The position numbers were made by a program, and so were the translations under genes. DNA of 61,544 nt from Nemertoderma westbladi. Taxonomy: Eukaryota; Animalia; Xenacoelomorpha. The notes under the pieces are model-generated. The model had not been told where the DNA came from and made no database searches. It worked only from the letters and a program-made list of their open reading frames with translations. Within the stretch, counting starts at the first letter, position 1; each line of letters opens with the position of its first letter. Shown in pieces: positions 35,101 to 48,607 of this stretch. Location of the stretch: positions 1-61,544 of the forward strand of contig JAUCBJ010003798.1 of NCBI GenBank assembly GCA_032718475.1. The letters run 5' to 3'.

Positions 35101-38100
35101 ACAGAGAGCTGGGAGTAGAGCCACATAGTGGCAGGTACAGAAACAAAGCAATAACACCAGTAGATATAAACCCAATACCCCCAGTAGGCCGAGTCCAAAT
35201 AACCTAAACACTAAACACCTCAATATGAATCTAAACGCGATACGCGATGCGCTATATGAGGAATGCTACAATCCCGATTACAAATGTCATTTACATAGGA
35301 ACGGGACTCATAAGACCATAGACTGCAAGCATTGGCAGGCGTTACTTAAACAAGATCGGATAGCCTACACTGGTAAGAATAGACTATGTCATCGATGCGC
35401 GGTAGGAGGACACAGAAAGGATGAATGTCAAGAACCACCGATCAAATATGCCGAGACTGATGGAACTGGAAGCCAGACGATGGCGACAAGCACCATGGGA
35501 GCAAGGAGGAAGGGAACGGTACTACTAGTGCCAGTGAGAATAATAGGAGAGAACGGGCTATCGGTTACAACACTAATGTTGGTCGATAGTGGAGCAGCAT
35601 TCACGCTAGCGGAGAGTTGGGTGGCCGAAAAGATAGGATTACAAACAAGGCCAAGTAAAATGGTGGTAACCACGAAGCCAAAGAGGATAAACAACCGGAG
35701 GTAAAACTAGATAAACCTATGACGGTAAAGGAATAAATCATGGTGGACAAGAGAGTAGAATCGCAGCAGAAGGCACTAGGGATCGTATGGAACCGGGAGA
35801 CAGATGAGTTGGAATATCAACTGGGTCAGGAGGGTGCCGGGATCCATACAAAACGAGGCTATGTGTCATACGTAGCGAGGATTTACGATCTGCTAGGTCT
35901 AGCATCCCCGTTGTTAGTCACGGGGAAGCCTATACTCAAAAAGGTCTACAAGATCAAAGATGACTGGGACGCGGAGGTCCCGATGGAGATAAGTAAACAA
36001 TGGGAGAAATGGACAGGGAGCCTCAAAGAAATGGGAACTTACAGTATGCCACGTGTATACTTCCCGGATGGAGACATGCGCGAGTTATAACTGCATATGT
36101 ACTCCGATGCATCCCTGGAAGCATATGGTGCTGCGCTTTATTTGGTACAGTGGAAGTGGACTCATAAGCCCAGGCTTACGTTTAGTAAAGCGAGGTTGAC
36201 GCCACCAGATTCAGCATCAGTGAGAAAACTTGAGCTGACGGCTGCGAGACTAGGAGTGAGAGCAACAGTGTACTTGGTGGACACGATACCAAATATAGTA
36301 GAGAAACACTACTGGACATATTCCATGTTGTAGTATTGGGATGGTTGCATAACGAAAACACATGTTATCCCATATTCATGGCGAACAGAGTGGATGAGAT
36401 AAGAGCAACATCGGACTTGGAGAAGTGGCACTACTGCCCAAGCGGATTTGCTATGGAGGGGCGTTAAACGCCACGCTTTCTCAAGGAAGCAGGAATTGTG
36501 GCAGCATGGCCCGCACTTCCTGAACAACAGGTCAAAGTGGCCACCGATGAGAAAGGGGGATCCAAGTATAGAGGAAGTGATAGTGGAGGATGAGGGAGAG
36601 GAATAGGAGGGCGAGGAAATATTTAGTCAGTTATTGAGGGAGATTAAGGAGAAACCACCACAATCTAAGTCGATAGAGTCGTGCGATAACCCAACGGATA
36701 GGTTGCTCAGTTACAGCTCCAGCTGGTACAAAACGAAGAAGCTAGTGGCATATCTGAGAGCCTACAGAGAATTCCTTAGGGGAGCTGGTAGAGACACCAA
36801 GACAAAACCCACCATCGATCTGGAAGGAGCGGCTAAAGCCGTGATAAGATATGAACAAAAGAAGGGTTATGGAGACGAAATAGACCGCATCAGGAAACAG
36901 CAGCGTCTCCGACAGGACAGCGAGCTCAACGCGCTGTCATCGCAATTGGATAAGGATGGGATCCTGGTCATGAACTCCAGGGTGGTGAACAACATTAGTG
37001 CCCTAATCCCACCGAAGCCAATAATAATCCCCAACAAGTCACCAATATATGGGACACCCATAAGTCCATATTACACGGGGGTACCAACCAGACCCTAACC
37101 GAGATTCGGAAGACATTCTGGGTAATCTAGCTTAGGAAGATGGTGAAGGCGGTAGTGGGGCAATGCCAGGCATGCCGACAGACGAAGAAGGAGAGGGCCG
37201 TGCAGGAGATGGTGCCATCGCCGACCAACAGGGTGAGGCATCATGACCCACCGTTCACACACTGCAGTGTGGACATGTTTGGGCCGATTAAGATCAAGGT
37301 GATGTGGCACACGGAGAAACAGTATGGCATTTTCTTCATAATTGCAATAATACGAGGGACGTAGGGATAGAACTAGCTCAGGATGCTACGGCGTCAGCAT
37401 TTATTAATGCATTGGAGAGGTTCGTGACCCGCAGAGGAGGAACAGTTGAAGTACTATACTCAGATAACGGGACTAACTTTGTGGGCGCAGAAAACGAGTT
37501 AGCGGAGGCCCTTGACATCTTGGAGGGCGAAGATGTCAAGGCAGAGATGAGGAAGCACCTAACTAGATGGGAAAGGAGGACACCATACGCACCATATAGG
37601 CTCGATTGCGTAGAGCACTTCGTCAGAAGCTCCAAGCAGCTCATGACCAAACTCATGAATAATCATATGGTCACTGAAGATGTATTAAGGACAGTGCTGG
37701 CAAAATGCGAGGGGATTAGCAAAAGCCGCCCGCTGTATCTCGAGAATGTCAATCCAGAATCACTGGACATCCTAACGCCAGCACACCTGCTGATGGAGAG
37801 ACCAACGACGATCGATATGCGAAGCATCGACCCAGACGATATACATTCGTGTCAGAGCTGGAAGGTGGCTAAGGTGATAAGTGCAGAGTATTGGACAAGG
37901 TGGATCCAAGAGTACCTTCCAACACTGCACAAGAGGAGCAAATGGAGGAACAACCAGAGGGAGCTTAGGAAGGGTGACTTGATAATAGTCACAGATGACA
38001 CGATTATCAACAATCACTGGAGGTTGGCAAGGGTAGTTGATTGCTACCCCGGCGAGGGTGGAGGATTAGATCTGTGGAAGTGAGGATCAGAGGAAAGATA

Positions 38101-38340
38101 GGGGCCAAAGATAGGAAGACCTAGAGGAGTGCGGTTGGGAAGTGTTGCCTATTGCAGGGATAATTAGTTGAGTTATCCAATATATTGGACTGAGGGTGGT
38201 GGGAATGAGGGCGAGACACCCTTCCCACATACATAAAAATAAAAAATAATAAAAATTAAAATAAGTAAGTAGTAGTACCAAAGTACACTTTAGGTAGACA
38301 TTATGTACGTTTGATGGGTACAGACATACCAATATACATA
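32141..38340 (+). mobile_element. Degenerate BEL/Pao element 2 (5' LTR ~32141-32584; RT core deleted; no 3' LTR)
   Basis: LTR ends TCACA followed by gttaaaaac. ER-rich gag, CHRC..GH..C, LVDSGA protease, ALGIVW, YSDAS RNase H, VDMFGP/SDNGTNF integrase, with many stops and frameshifts. Confidence 0.85.
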
Positions 38341-40532
38341 ATATTTAGGTGTAGGTAGCTATAATTACGTATGTCTGAAATAATTAGGGCTGTTATTAAG
38401 TCTACTCCATTAGAGGAGACTCCTTTACTGTTCGAACCTGACTCTAGATTCCCTTTAGAAAGCACGAATCCACCATTAACCAGGAGCCAAATCCCAGTAG
38501 CTCAGACTAGTAGTAAGTCTGGAGAAAGAAAATTGTTTGGGCAAGGGTTGTCCCCCATCACCCCGATGGGCGTGGTGGGGTGCCCGTAGCCCCCCCCCCC
38601 CCCCCCATCCGCCACATCTTACTTCGCTACCTCCTGCTTCGCTTCTACGCCCCTCTCTGGTTGACGCACTATCTCTACCCTGGCTGGGTCTACTCACCCC
38701 TGCCTCTCCCTGTGCGACTGCGTGGCCTTGGAGGCTCCCGTCGGGTTGACTCACCCCCGCTACTCCCTGCGTAATTATGTGGCCTTGCAGGCTCCAATTG
38801 GGTTGACTCACCCCCGCTACTCCCTGTGTAACTACGTGGCCTTGCAGGCTCTCGCTGGCCGGACCACCCGTCTCCCCTACGTTTGTATTAATTGCATCAT
38901 TATTGATAATATTATTAATTTCCTCGTTATTATTTAACGTAATATTGTTACCTAAATAATTTAAATTATTTAAATTATTTTGCTCAGAATTAAGGTTATT
39001 ATTTGGATTATTTTGCACATTTAAATTAGAATTATTATTTGGAATATTTTCACATTTAAATTAGAATTATTATTTGGATTATTTTGGACATTTAAATTAG
39101 AATTATTATTTGGATTATTTTGCACATTTAAATTAGAATTATTATTACCGGGTAAAATATTATTTCCTGCAACAAAGGTTTGATTAGGGTTGTCTATTAC
39201 GGTACTATTAATATTAATTCCTTCTAAAGTGTTATTATTACCCCCCTCGCCCATCCGGTTACACCAGTCCTGGGTCTGTCGTCCAGTACCTGTAAGTGGG
39301 GTATTAACAAAGGTTTCCATTACTTCTGGCTCCTCGTGAATACTACCCAAACCAGCCTCACTCTCCGATAATCCCAACTTTGCCAGTTCTAACCAGCGCT
39401 TTTGCTTCGCCTGGTATTGCATAAGCCCCCTCAACCGGGTATGCATTTCATCCCACATACGCTTTCCTGCTCTCTCTCTCTCTCTGTCCTCTCTCAAACT
39501 TTGGTCAGCCAACTCTGCCTCTCTCGCAATCCTCTCAACCCTCCTCGCCTCACGCTCCTTGCGCTTGTTCGTTTCCCTCTCAATTCTTTCAGTCTCCCGC
39601 ATCTTACGCTCATCTTCCAGTCTCGCCTCCCGTTCCTCGCGCTCGTTCGTTTCTCTCTCAATCCTCGTTGCCTCTCTCGCCTCTCGCTCTTTACATTCGT
39701 TCGTCTCTCTCGCCTCTCGCTCTTTGCCCTCCCTTATTTCTCTCTCCTCACCCTCTCTAAAGTTTCTTGCCACCCTCTCAGCCCTCTCTTTACATTCCCT
39801 CGCTAACTCTCTCTCTCTCTAATAATGCGGTTCCCTTGTCTAGTTGCCTCTCCAACTCCTTCTGATCCAGCGCCACAATGTCTAGTTGACACGCCAGATC
39901 TATCTCTAACACCCTTCTTGCTTTCGCGGAGGATGTAGTGGACTTAATCGGTCGCAACGGACTCCCATCGCCTCTCTGTCCTACTAACTTTCCCCCGCTT
40001 TCTGGGGTTTTCGCTAACTGACGACACTGAATCCTCGCGATTAACCTCGGGTTCGCCGTCGTGCGGGTTCGCCCATCCCACTAACTTAATTCCCCTAGCA
40101 TCCACTAAGTCAAGGCCCTACGTACACTACGTCTGGCTCCATTACCCCAGACCACCACAATTCACACAGTTCCGTGGCGACCCCCCTCTCTCTCACTCAC
40201 CAGTTCTCCCTGCCCAAAACGGATTAAATAACGAAAATGTTTATTCGACTCACCTAGCCTCTGGTATAGTTTAGGCTGGTCTACCTTTCTCCCCTCCTTG
40301 GCCTCTTTGAGTAGTTTCTTGGTGGCGTTGTAGGCCCATCGTAGCCGATCACTCGTCCCGACGTCCTCTTTGTCGACTCTACCTCCTCTCCTCATCCGGC
40401 GTCGTACCGGCAGCCCCACCGTCGCCGTTCCGGTGGGCCGTCGGTCACCCTCGGCCTGTGGCTGGCCGGCGACTTCAGCACTCCGACCGCCGTCGTCGCC
40501 GCGCGTCGACTCATCTACCTCTCTCCTTCATA

Positions 40533-41719
40533 CTACTACTAGGATCGGCATGCTGCATTGCAGCTGCATTTTTAAGAATGCTGTGCCGGCTTGTCAACAA
40601 AATTGCACCGCCACAACTCCCTATCACCCATGACATTTGCTAGATCATCCGCATCTTTAAGGCCAGTGTCCTTTAAGATGCGTCTCAAGAAAGTCATGGG
40701 CTGTCCACTATGCTTATTCACTCCATGAGGCTGCCAAAGTACAAGATTATGCACTGGCTGGTCCTCACGGCGAAAGCAATGTCCTGCAAAGCGGAGGCGA
40801 TTTTGTTCTAGTGTCAAGCTTGGGGGAACCAATGAGACACCTCCAATGTTATATAGTGTCTGGTTGGAGATGTGTGCATTGTACTTGACACAATGTACCC
40901 GGCGTAGCATTCTTGTGAATGTGCCATCCAGAGATTTGGTGTCCTCAGCAGTTAGAGCCCAGCATGGACTCCCGTAGAGGAGTACTGGAACTACTGCTGC
41001 TCTAAATAATCGGACCTTAAATTTCCGATTAATTCTAGGTGATTTCCAAATCCTGGAAAGCCTATTCAAGGCTGCCCATGCCTTTCCCTTACGTATTCGA
41101 AGGTCCTCACCTGACTTCCGGATCCATGATCCCAGGTAACAGAAGTCGTCCACATGCTCAAGCATACCATCCTTTGAGCTTATGCTCATCCGATCAGAGA
41201 CTTGCTGAGGACTTTCAAAGTTAACTGTCAGAATTTTGGTCTTTCTGGAGTTAATAAAAAGACCAACACTAGAAGCAGCATGTTCTAATGAGCTGAGGAG
41301 CCGCTGGGCTCCATCTAATGATTCTGAGAGTACACCTAAGTCATCAGCAAAGTCTAGATCAGTTAGGTACTTGGCAGGATTTCCTCGACTTCTGGAGCCA
41401 GTAGGTGGAGTTATCATCACCCCATCATCATTATGATGATCTAAGGACATGCGTAGAACATAGTCAACCACAATAATGAACAAGAATGGTGCAAGTGTGT
41501 CTCCTTGGAGGACGCCCCATAACACTTCAAATGGTTCTGTGTCACCGTCAACAGTAGACACAAATGTTGTCGAACCATCGTATACTGATCTGATTGCTGC
41601 AATAATTTCATCAGGAATCCCATATAATGAAAGTATGCTGAACATACGTGAGCGAGAGACTGAATCAAAGGCCTTGAAGAAGTCAACAAAGATAACAGCC
41701 AGATCTTTCAGATAACAGA
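40533..41719 (-). mobile_element. 5'-truncated RTE LINE, copy 2 (reading frame open to its stop)
   Basis: Near-identical to copy 1; (TAG)n tail; 13-bp TSD tctctccttcata at 40520-40532 and 41720-41732. Confidence 0.93.
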
Positions 41720-41954
41720 TCTCTCCTTCATAGTTGATGGCCGCCCTCCACTTGGGCTATCGGATCGTCTCTCGTTGGCAAATCCAGCATGGCGGGCCGA
41801 TACCGTCTCGTCGTGGCCTCTCGGATCATTTGGTTGGTATCGTTCGGGGTCCACGGCGGCGTTCTCTCTCCCTCTGAATCTCGGGGCTCCTGATCGCTCA
41901 TCTTCTCTTTTCTTTGCAGTCACAGTTTGTTAGTTGTAGGTGGTAGTTTATGAC

Positions 41955-42472
41955 TGTGACGGGATCGTGGATCCCGACCGGGTTAGATTTGTACGCGTCA
42001 CCATCCCGCTGAAGCTGTAGTATTATAGTCGTTCTGGCTGAGGGCCGTAGGGGAAAATAACAGAGTTTGTGTTTCACAATATTAATCTTCCGAATGATAA
42101 TAGCACAGAATTATGTATGTAATGAATATCACGATACAGAATGACAGCAGAAAATATACAGATATTAATGGTGATGTTGGTGGCGGTAACGGTCATAAAC
42201 TATGACCGGTCTGCAACTCTGTGATTAATGAACTGACCAGTAAATCAGTAATACAGAATAATATATGATTGATACACACAGATATTGGTTTCACCTCTTA
42301 CTCTACTTGGCCCTCTGTACCCAGTGGATGCTTTCCTATCTCTGATCACGAGCTTCCTTCCCTGCTATTGGCTAATATACTAATTGTCACTTTGGCACTT
42401 CCTGTGAGTGTTTCCCCCCCGCTGCTAGCCTCTACTAGCTGTTCTCCCTCCGAGGTGGTTTGACCTCTCACA
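41955..42472 (-). repeat. 5' LTR of BEL/Pao element 3
   Basis: Bounded by TGTGA...TCACA and followed on the minus strand by gtcataaac (element 2 has gttaaaaac). Patchy similarity to the element 2 LTR (agtgccaaag, ttagccaat, tggYgacgcgt). Confidence 0.7.
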
Positions 42473-43603
42473 TCTCTCTGTGGCTTTAGGGCTTGTGTCG
42501 CCCCCCACCCCTCCAAAGTTGGTTATGAGGCGAGATTATTATTGGTAATCTCGTATCCCCAACTATATTAGTAAAATGCCACTGGTCCCATTTTCTGGTG
42601 GGTAATGTAATGGAATTGAATTCTCTTACAGAACTGTTGGTATTTCCCTGAAAATAAACATAGTTTTTGGAGATTATATAGTAGAGAACAATCGAATAAT
42701 ACAAAGTAGCCTACCCACTCTCGGCCATAGAACTCAGTCTCCCACACCCCGTGGTTCATATGCCGCGCTAGACTGGCTTTGGTTGCGTTCCTATTTTGTA
42801 AGGGCTATCAGACATCATAAGACACATAAATTAGCAGGTTCATCTTGTAAAGGTCTAAAAGCGTGAACAGATTGAATTGGCGGCACTCAACCAACTGAGC
42901 TACCCTGGTCTTAAAGGACTATTAGACCACCGCTATTGCATTGGCAGACATTGAGTTGAGAACAGAGGCAAATACTGACTGCCAAAAATAGTAAATAATT
43001 AAATCGCTGTAATTTAATAAGTAAATTAAATAACTCACATTACGAACCAATAACGGTTTGTCAATTACATAGATAGCATTACAATAGTATTACATCAAAT
43101 AATATAATTAAACATAAACTGTACAAGTTAAGCAGAAAGCAGTGTGGGGGGGGGGTATAATCTTAATTAAATTAAATACGGCGCATCATATGTCCACCAC
43201 CGCCTAAAAGGCCGCGCAAGAAAATGACCCAGAGAATCTGTTCAGTGTGTAACTAGAATGTTTAGATACTAAAATATTTAGGGCACATTAACATAATGGG
43301 GCTAATTAATTACAATATTGAAAACCTTCGTACATAAAAGTATACGTGTATCAGTAGGCCTATTATAATTTTCCTCCAAAGGCGTTCTAGTTAAGGATTA
43401 TACAGCTCAACAAAATACAATAACTCCACCGAAATATAGTTAGATTTTCAGGAAATAATTTCCTTTTCAAAAATAATTAAAAAATTTGTGATATGATAAA
43501 TATCGCATAGAAAAACAAAATAAATATGCGTTGGTGCTACGTTTTTAGTTAACATAATTAATTAATTTGAACTAAAATTTATTCCACAACTTCAATATTA
43601 CTT

Positions 43604-46600
43604 AGAGACATGGCCATTATTGACAGCTCAAAATAACACCCTTTATATGGACATGGCCAATATCGACCGCCCGATATAACGCCCTTTATAGGGACATGGC
43701 CATTATTGACAGCTCAAAATAACACCCTTTATAGGGACATGGCCATTATTGACAGCTCAAAATAACACCCTTTATAGGGACATGGCCATTATTGACCGCC
43801 CGATAACGCCCTTTATAGGGACATGGGCATTATTGACCGCCCGACAACGCCCTTTATAGGGACATGGCCAATATTGACCGCCCGATATAACGCCCTTTAT
43901 AGGGACATGGCCATTATTGACAGTCCGATATAATGCCCTTTATAGGGACATGGCCAATATTGACCGCCTGATATAACGCCCTTTATAGGGACATGGCCAA
44001 TATTGAGCGCTCGATATAACGCCCTTTATAGGGACATGGCCATTATTGACAGTCCGATATAACGCCCTTTATAGGGACATGGCCAATATTGACCGCCCGA
44101 TATAACGCCCTTTATAGGGACGGACATGGCCATTATTGACAGTCCGATATAACGCCCTTTATAGGGACATGGCCAATATTGACCGCCTGATATAACCCCC
44201 TTTATAGGGACATGGCCAATATTGACCGCACGATATAACGCCCTTTATAGGGACATGGCCATTATTGACAGTCCGATATAACGCCCTTTATAGGGACATG
44301 GCCATCATTGACAGTCCGATATAACGCCCTTTATAGGGACATGGCCAATATTGACTGTCCGATATAACGCCCTTTACAGGGACATGGCCAATATTGACCG
44401 CCTGATATAACGCCCTTTATAAGGACATGGCCAATATCGACCGCCCGATAACGCCCTTTATAGGGACATGGCCAATATCGACCGCCCGATATAACGCCCT
44501 TTATAGGGACATGGCCAATATTGACCGCCCGATATAACGCCCTTTATAGAGACATGGCCATTATTGACAGTCCGATATAACGCCCTTTATAGGGACATGG
44601 CCATTATTGACAGTCCGATATAATGCCCTTTATAGGGACATGGCCAATATTGACCGCCTGATATAACGCCCTTTATAGGGACATGGCCAATATTGACCGC
44701 CCGATATAACGCCCTTTATAGGGACATGGCCATTATTGACAGTCCGATATAACGCCCTTTATAGGGACATGGCCAATATTGACCGCCCGATATAACGCCC
44801 TTTATAGGGACGGACATGGCCATTATTGACAGTCCGATATAACGCCCTTTATAGGGACATGGCCAATATTGACCGCCTGATATAACGCCCTTTATAGGGA
44901 CATGGCCAATATTGACCGCCCGATATAACGCCCTTTATAGGGACATGGCCATTATTGACAGTCCGATATAACGCCCTTTATAGGGACATGGCCGTCATTG
45001 ACAGTCCGATATAACGCCCTTTATAGGGACATGGCCAATATTGACTGTCCGATATAACGCCCTTTATAGGGACATGGCCAATATTGACCGCCTGATATAA
45101 CGCCCTTTATAAGGACATGGCCAATATCGACCGCCCGATAACGCCCTTTATAGGGACATGGCCAATATCGACCGCCCGATATAACGCCCTTTATAGGGAC
45201 ATGGCCAATATTGACCGCCCGATATAACGCCCTTTATAGAGACATGGCCATTATTGACAGTCCGATATAACGCCCTTTATAGGGACATGGCCATTATTGA
45301 CAGTCCGATATAACGCCTTTTATAAGGACATGGCCAATATCGACCGCCCGATAACGCCCTTTATAGGGACATGGCCAATATCGACCGCCCGATATAACGC
45401 CCTTTATAGAGACATGGCCATTATTGACAGTCCGATATAACGCCCTTTATAGGGACATGGCCATTATTGACAGTCCGATATAACGCCCTTTATAAGGACA
45501 TGGCCAATATCGACCGCCCGATAACGCCCTTTATAGGGACATGGCCAATATTGACCGCCCGATATAACGCCCTTTATAGGGACATGGCCAATATTGACCG
45601 CCCGATATAACGCTCTTTATAGGGACATGGCCAATATTGACCGTCCGATATAACGCCCTTTATAGGGACATGGCCAATATCGACCGCCCGATATAACGCC
45701 CTTTATAGGGACATGGCCAATATTGACCGCCCGATATAACGCCCTTTATAGAGACATGGCCATTATTGACAGTCCGATATAACGCCCTTTATAGGGACAT
45801 GGCCATTATTGACAGTCCGATATAACGCCCTTTATAAGGACATGGCCAATATCGACCGCCCGATAACGCCCTTTATAGGGACATGGCCAATATTGACCGC
45901 CCGATATAACGCCCTTTATAGGGACATGGCCAATATTGACCGCCCGATATAACGCTCTTTATAGGGACATGGCCAATATTGACCGTCCGATATAACGCCC
46001 TTTATAGGGACATGGCCAATATCGACCGCCCGATATAACGCCCTTTATAGGGACATGGCCAATATTGACCGCCCGATATAACGCCCTTTATAGAGACATG
46101 GCCATTATTGACAGTCCGATATAACGCCCTTTATAGGGACATGGCCATTATTGACAGTCCGATATAACGCCCTTTATAAGGACATGGCCAATATCGACCG
46201 CCCGATAACGCCCTTTATAGGGACATGGCCAATATCGACCGCCCGATATAACGCCCTTTATAGGGACATGGCCAATATTGACCGCCCGATAACGCCCTTT
46301 ATAGGGACATGGCCAATATTGACCGCCCGATATAACGCTCTTTATAGGGACATGGCCAATATTGACCGTCCGATATAACGCCCTTTATAGGGACATGGCC
46401 AATATCGACCGCCCGATATAACGCCCTTTATAGGGACATGGCCAATATTGACCGCCCGATATAACGCCCTTTATAGATAGAGACATTGCCATTATTGACA
46501 GTCCGATATAACGCCCTTTATAGGGACATGGCCATTATTGACAGTCCGATATAACGCCCTTTATAAGGACATGGCCAATATCGACCGCCCGATAACGCCC

Positions 46601-47965
46601 TTTATAGGGACATGGCCAATATTGACCGCCCGATATAACGCCCTTTATAGGGACATGGCCAATATTGACCGCCCGATATAACGCTCTTTATAGGGACATG
46701 GCCAATATTGACCGTCCGATATAACGCCCTTTATAGGGACATGGCCAATATCGACCGCCCGATATAACGCCCTTTATAGGGACATGGCCAATATTGACCG
46801 CCCGATATAACGCCCTTTATAGAGACATGGCCATTATTGACAGTCCGATATAACGCCCTTTATAGGGACATGGCCATTATTGACAGTCCGATATAACGCC
46901 CTTTATAAGGACATGGCCAATATCGACCGCCCGATAACGCCCTTTATAGGGACATGGCCAATATCGACCGCCCGATATAACGCCCTTTATAGGGACATGG
47001 CCAATATTGACCGCCCGATAACGCCCTTTATAGGGACATGGCCATTATTGACCGCCCGATATAACGCCCTTTATAGGGATATGGCCAATATCGACCGCCC
47101 GATATAACGCCCTTTATAGGGACATGGCCATTATTGACCGCCCGATAACGCCCTTTATAGGGACATGGCCAATATTGACCGCCTGATATAACGCCCTTTA
47201 TAGGGATATGGCCAATATCGACCGCCCGATAACGCCCTTTATAGGGACATGGCCAATATCGACCGCCCGATATAACGCCCTTTATAGGGACATGGCCAAT
47301 ATTGACCGCCCGATAACGCCCTTTATAGGGACATGGCCATTATTGACCGCCCGATATAACGCCCTTTATAGGGATATGGCCAATATCGACCGCCCGATAT
47401 AACGCCCTTTATAGGGACATGGCCATTATTGACCGCCCGATAATGTCCTTTATAGGGACATGGCCAATATCGACCGCCCGATATAACGCTCTTTATAGGG
47501 ATATGGCCAATATCGACCGCCCGATATAACGCCCTTTATAGGGACATGGCCATTATTGACCGCCCGATAACGTCCTTTATAGGGACATGGCCATTATTGA
47601 CCGCCCGATATAACGCCCTTTATAGGGATATGGCCAATATCGACCGCCCGATATAACGCCCTTTATAGGGACATGGCCATTATTGACCGCCCGATAATGT
47701 CCTTTATAGGGACATGGCCATTATTGACCGCCCGATATAACGCCCTTTATAGGGATATGGCCAATATTGACCGCCCGATATAACGCCCTTTATAGGGACA
47801 TGGCCATTATTGACCGCCCGATATAACGCCCTTTATAGGGACATGGCCATTATTGACCGCCCGATATAACGCCCTTTATAGGGACATGGCCATTATTGAC
47901 CGCCCGATATAACGCCCTTTATAGGGACATGGCCAATATCGACCGCCCGATATAACGCTCTTTAT
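43604..47965. repeat. 43-bp (41-bp variant) satellite, ~100 copies, with higher-order repeats
   Basis: Unit gggacatggccaatattgaccgcccgatataacgccctttata. Confidence 0.98.
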
Positions 47966-48607
47966 AATCACGTCAGTCGTCACGTTAGGACTTCTACATG
48001 TTGTCTAATGTTGCTTCAATAATTAATTTTATGTAGATGTTAGATGATTGGCGGCAATATATTTGTTTGCTCTTGTGTTGTTAAATCCCGATATTGGTGT
48101 TCCGTCTCACTCAATGATACTCGATGTGTGTGATAATAAACTGCAGCAGTGGACTGTGTGAGGGTAAGGCATTAGAATTACAAATCGAGCACTGCACCAA
48201 TAACAAGCAATAAATAAATACAATAAATAAATATGTAACATTATTTATATAGTTTGTAATAAGTAGAGTAATACGTAATGTTATCAGCAATGCAATAAAA
48301 CAATTCACTGCGATATATAATAAAGTTCGCGGTGCAATTAATAATATTATGCTAATTAACGTTATTCAATTACAACCCCATGCGAATCTAAACAACACGG
48401 AATAAATACCTGTATGATGTAAAGTATCTCTAGAACCTGCGTTGTTAAAATCAATCCATAATTTACTAAACAGTTTTGGGTTGTAGATAAATTATATGAG
48501 TTAGGGTGTGTATTGCACCTACCGACACTGATTGATTTATCGGTGAAATTTCAGGTACTTATAATATTTAATACGGTTTTAAAATTAATTTGTAAACAAA
48601 CACTTAA

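Larger units (their letters stand above)
38350..42472 (-). mobile_element. 3'-truncated BEL/Pao element 3 (LTR + gag only), related to element 2, interrupted by RTE
   Basis: Gag shares KVDQPKLY.RLGE.NKHF and MHTRLRGLMQYQ.KQKR.LELAK.GLSESEAG with element 2. Confidence 0.8.

Noticed and set aside
42486-42760. Possible minus-strand exons (acceptor ttattttcAG near 42648)
   Set aside because: No recognisable protein in any frame and no linked exons found.
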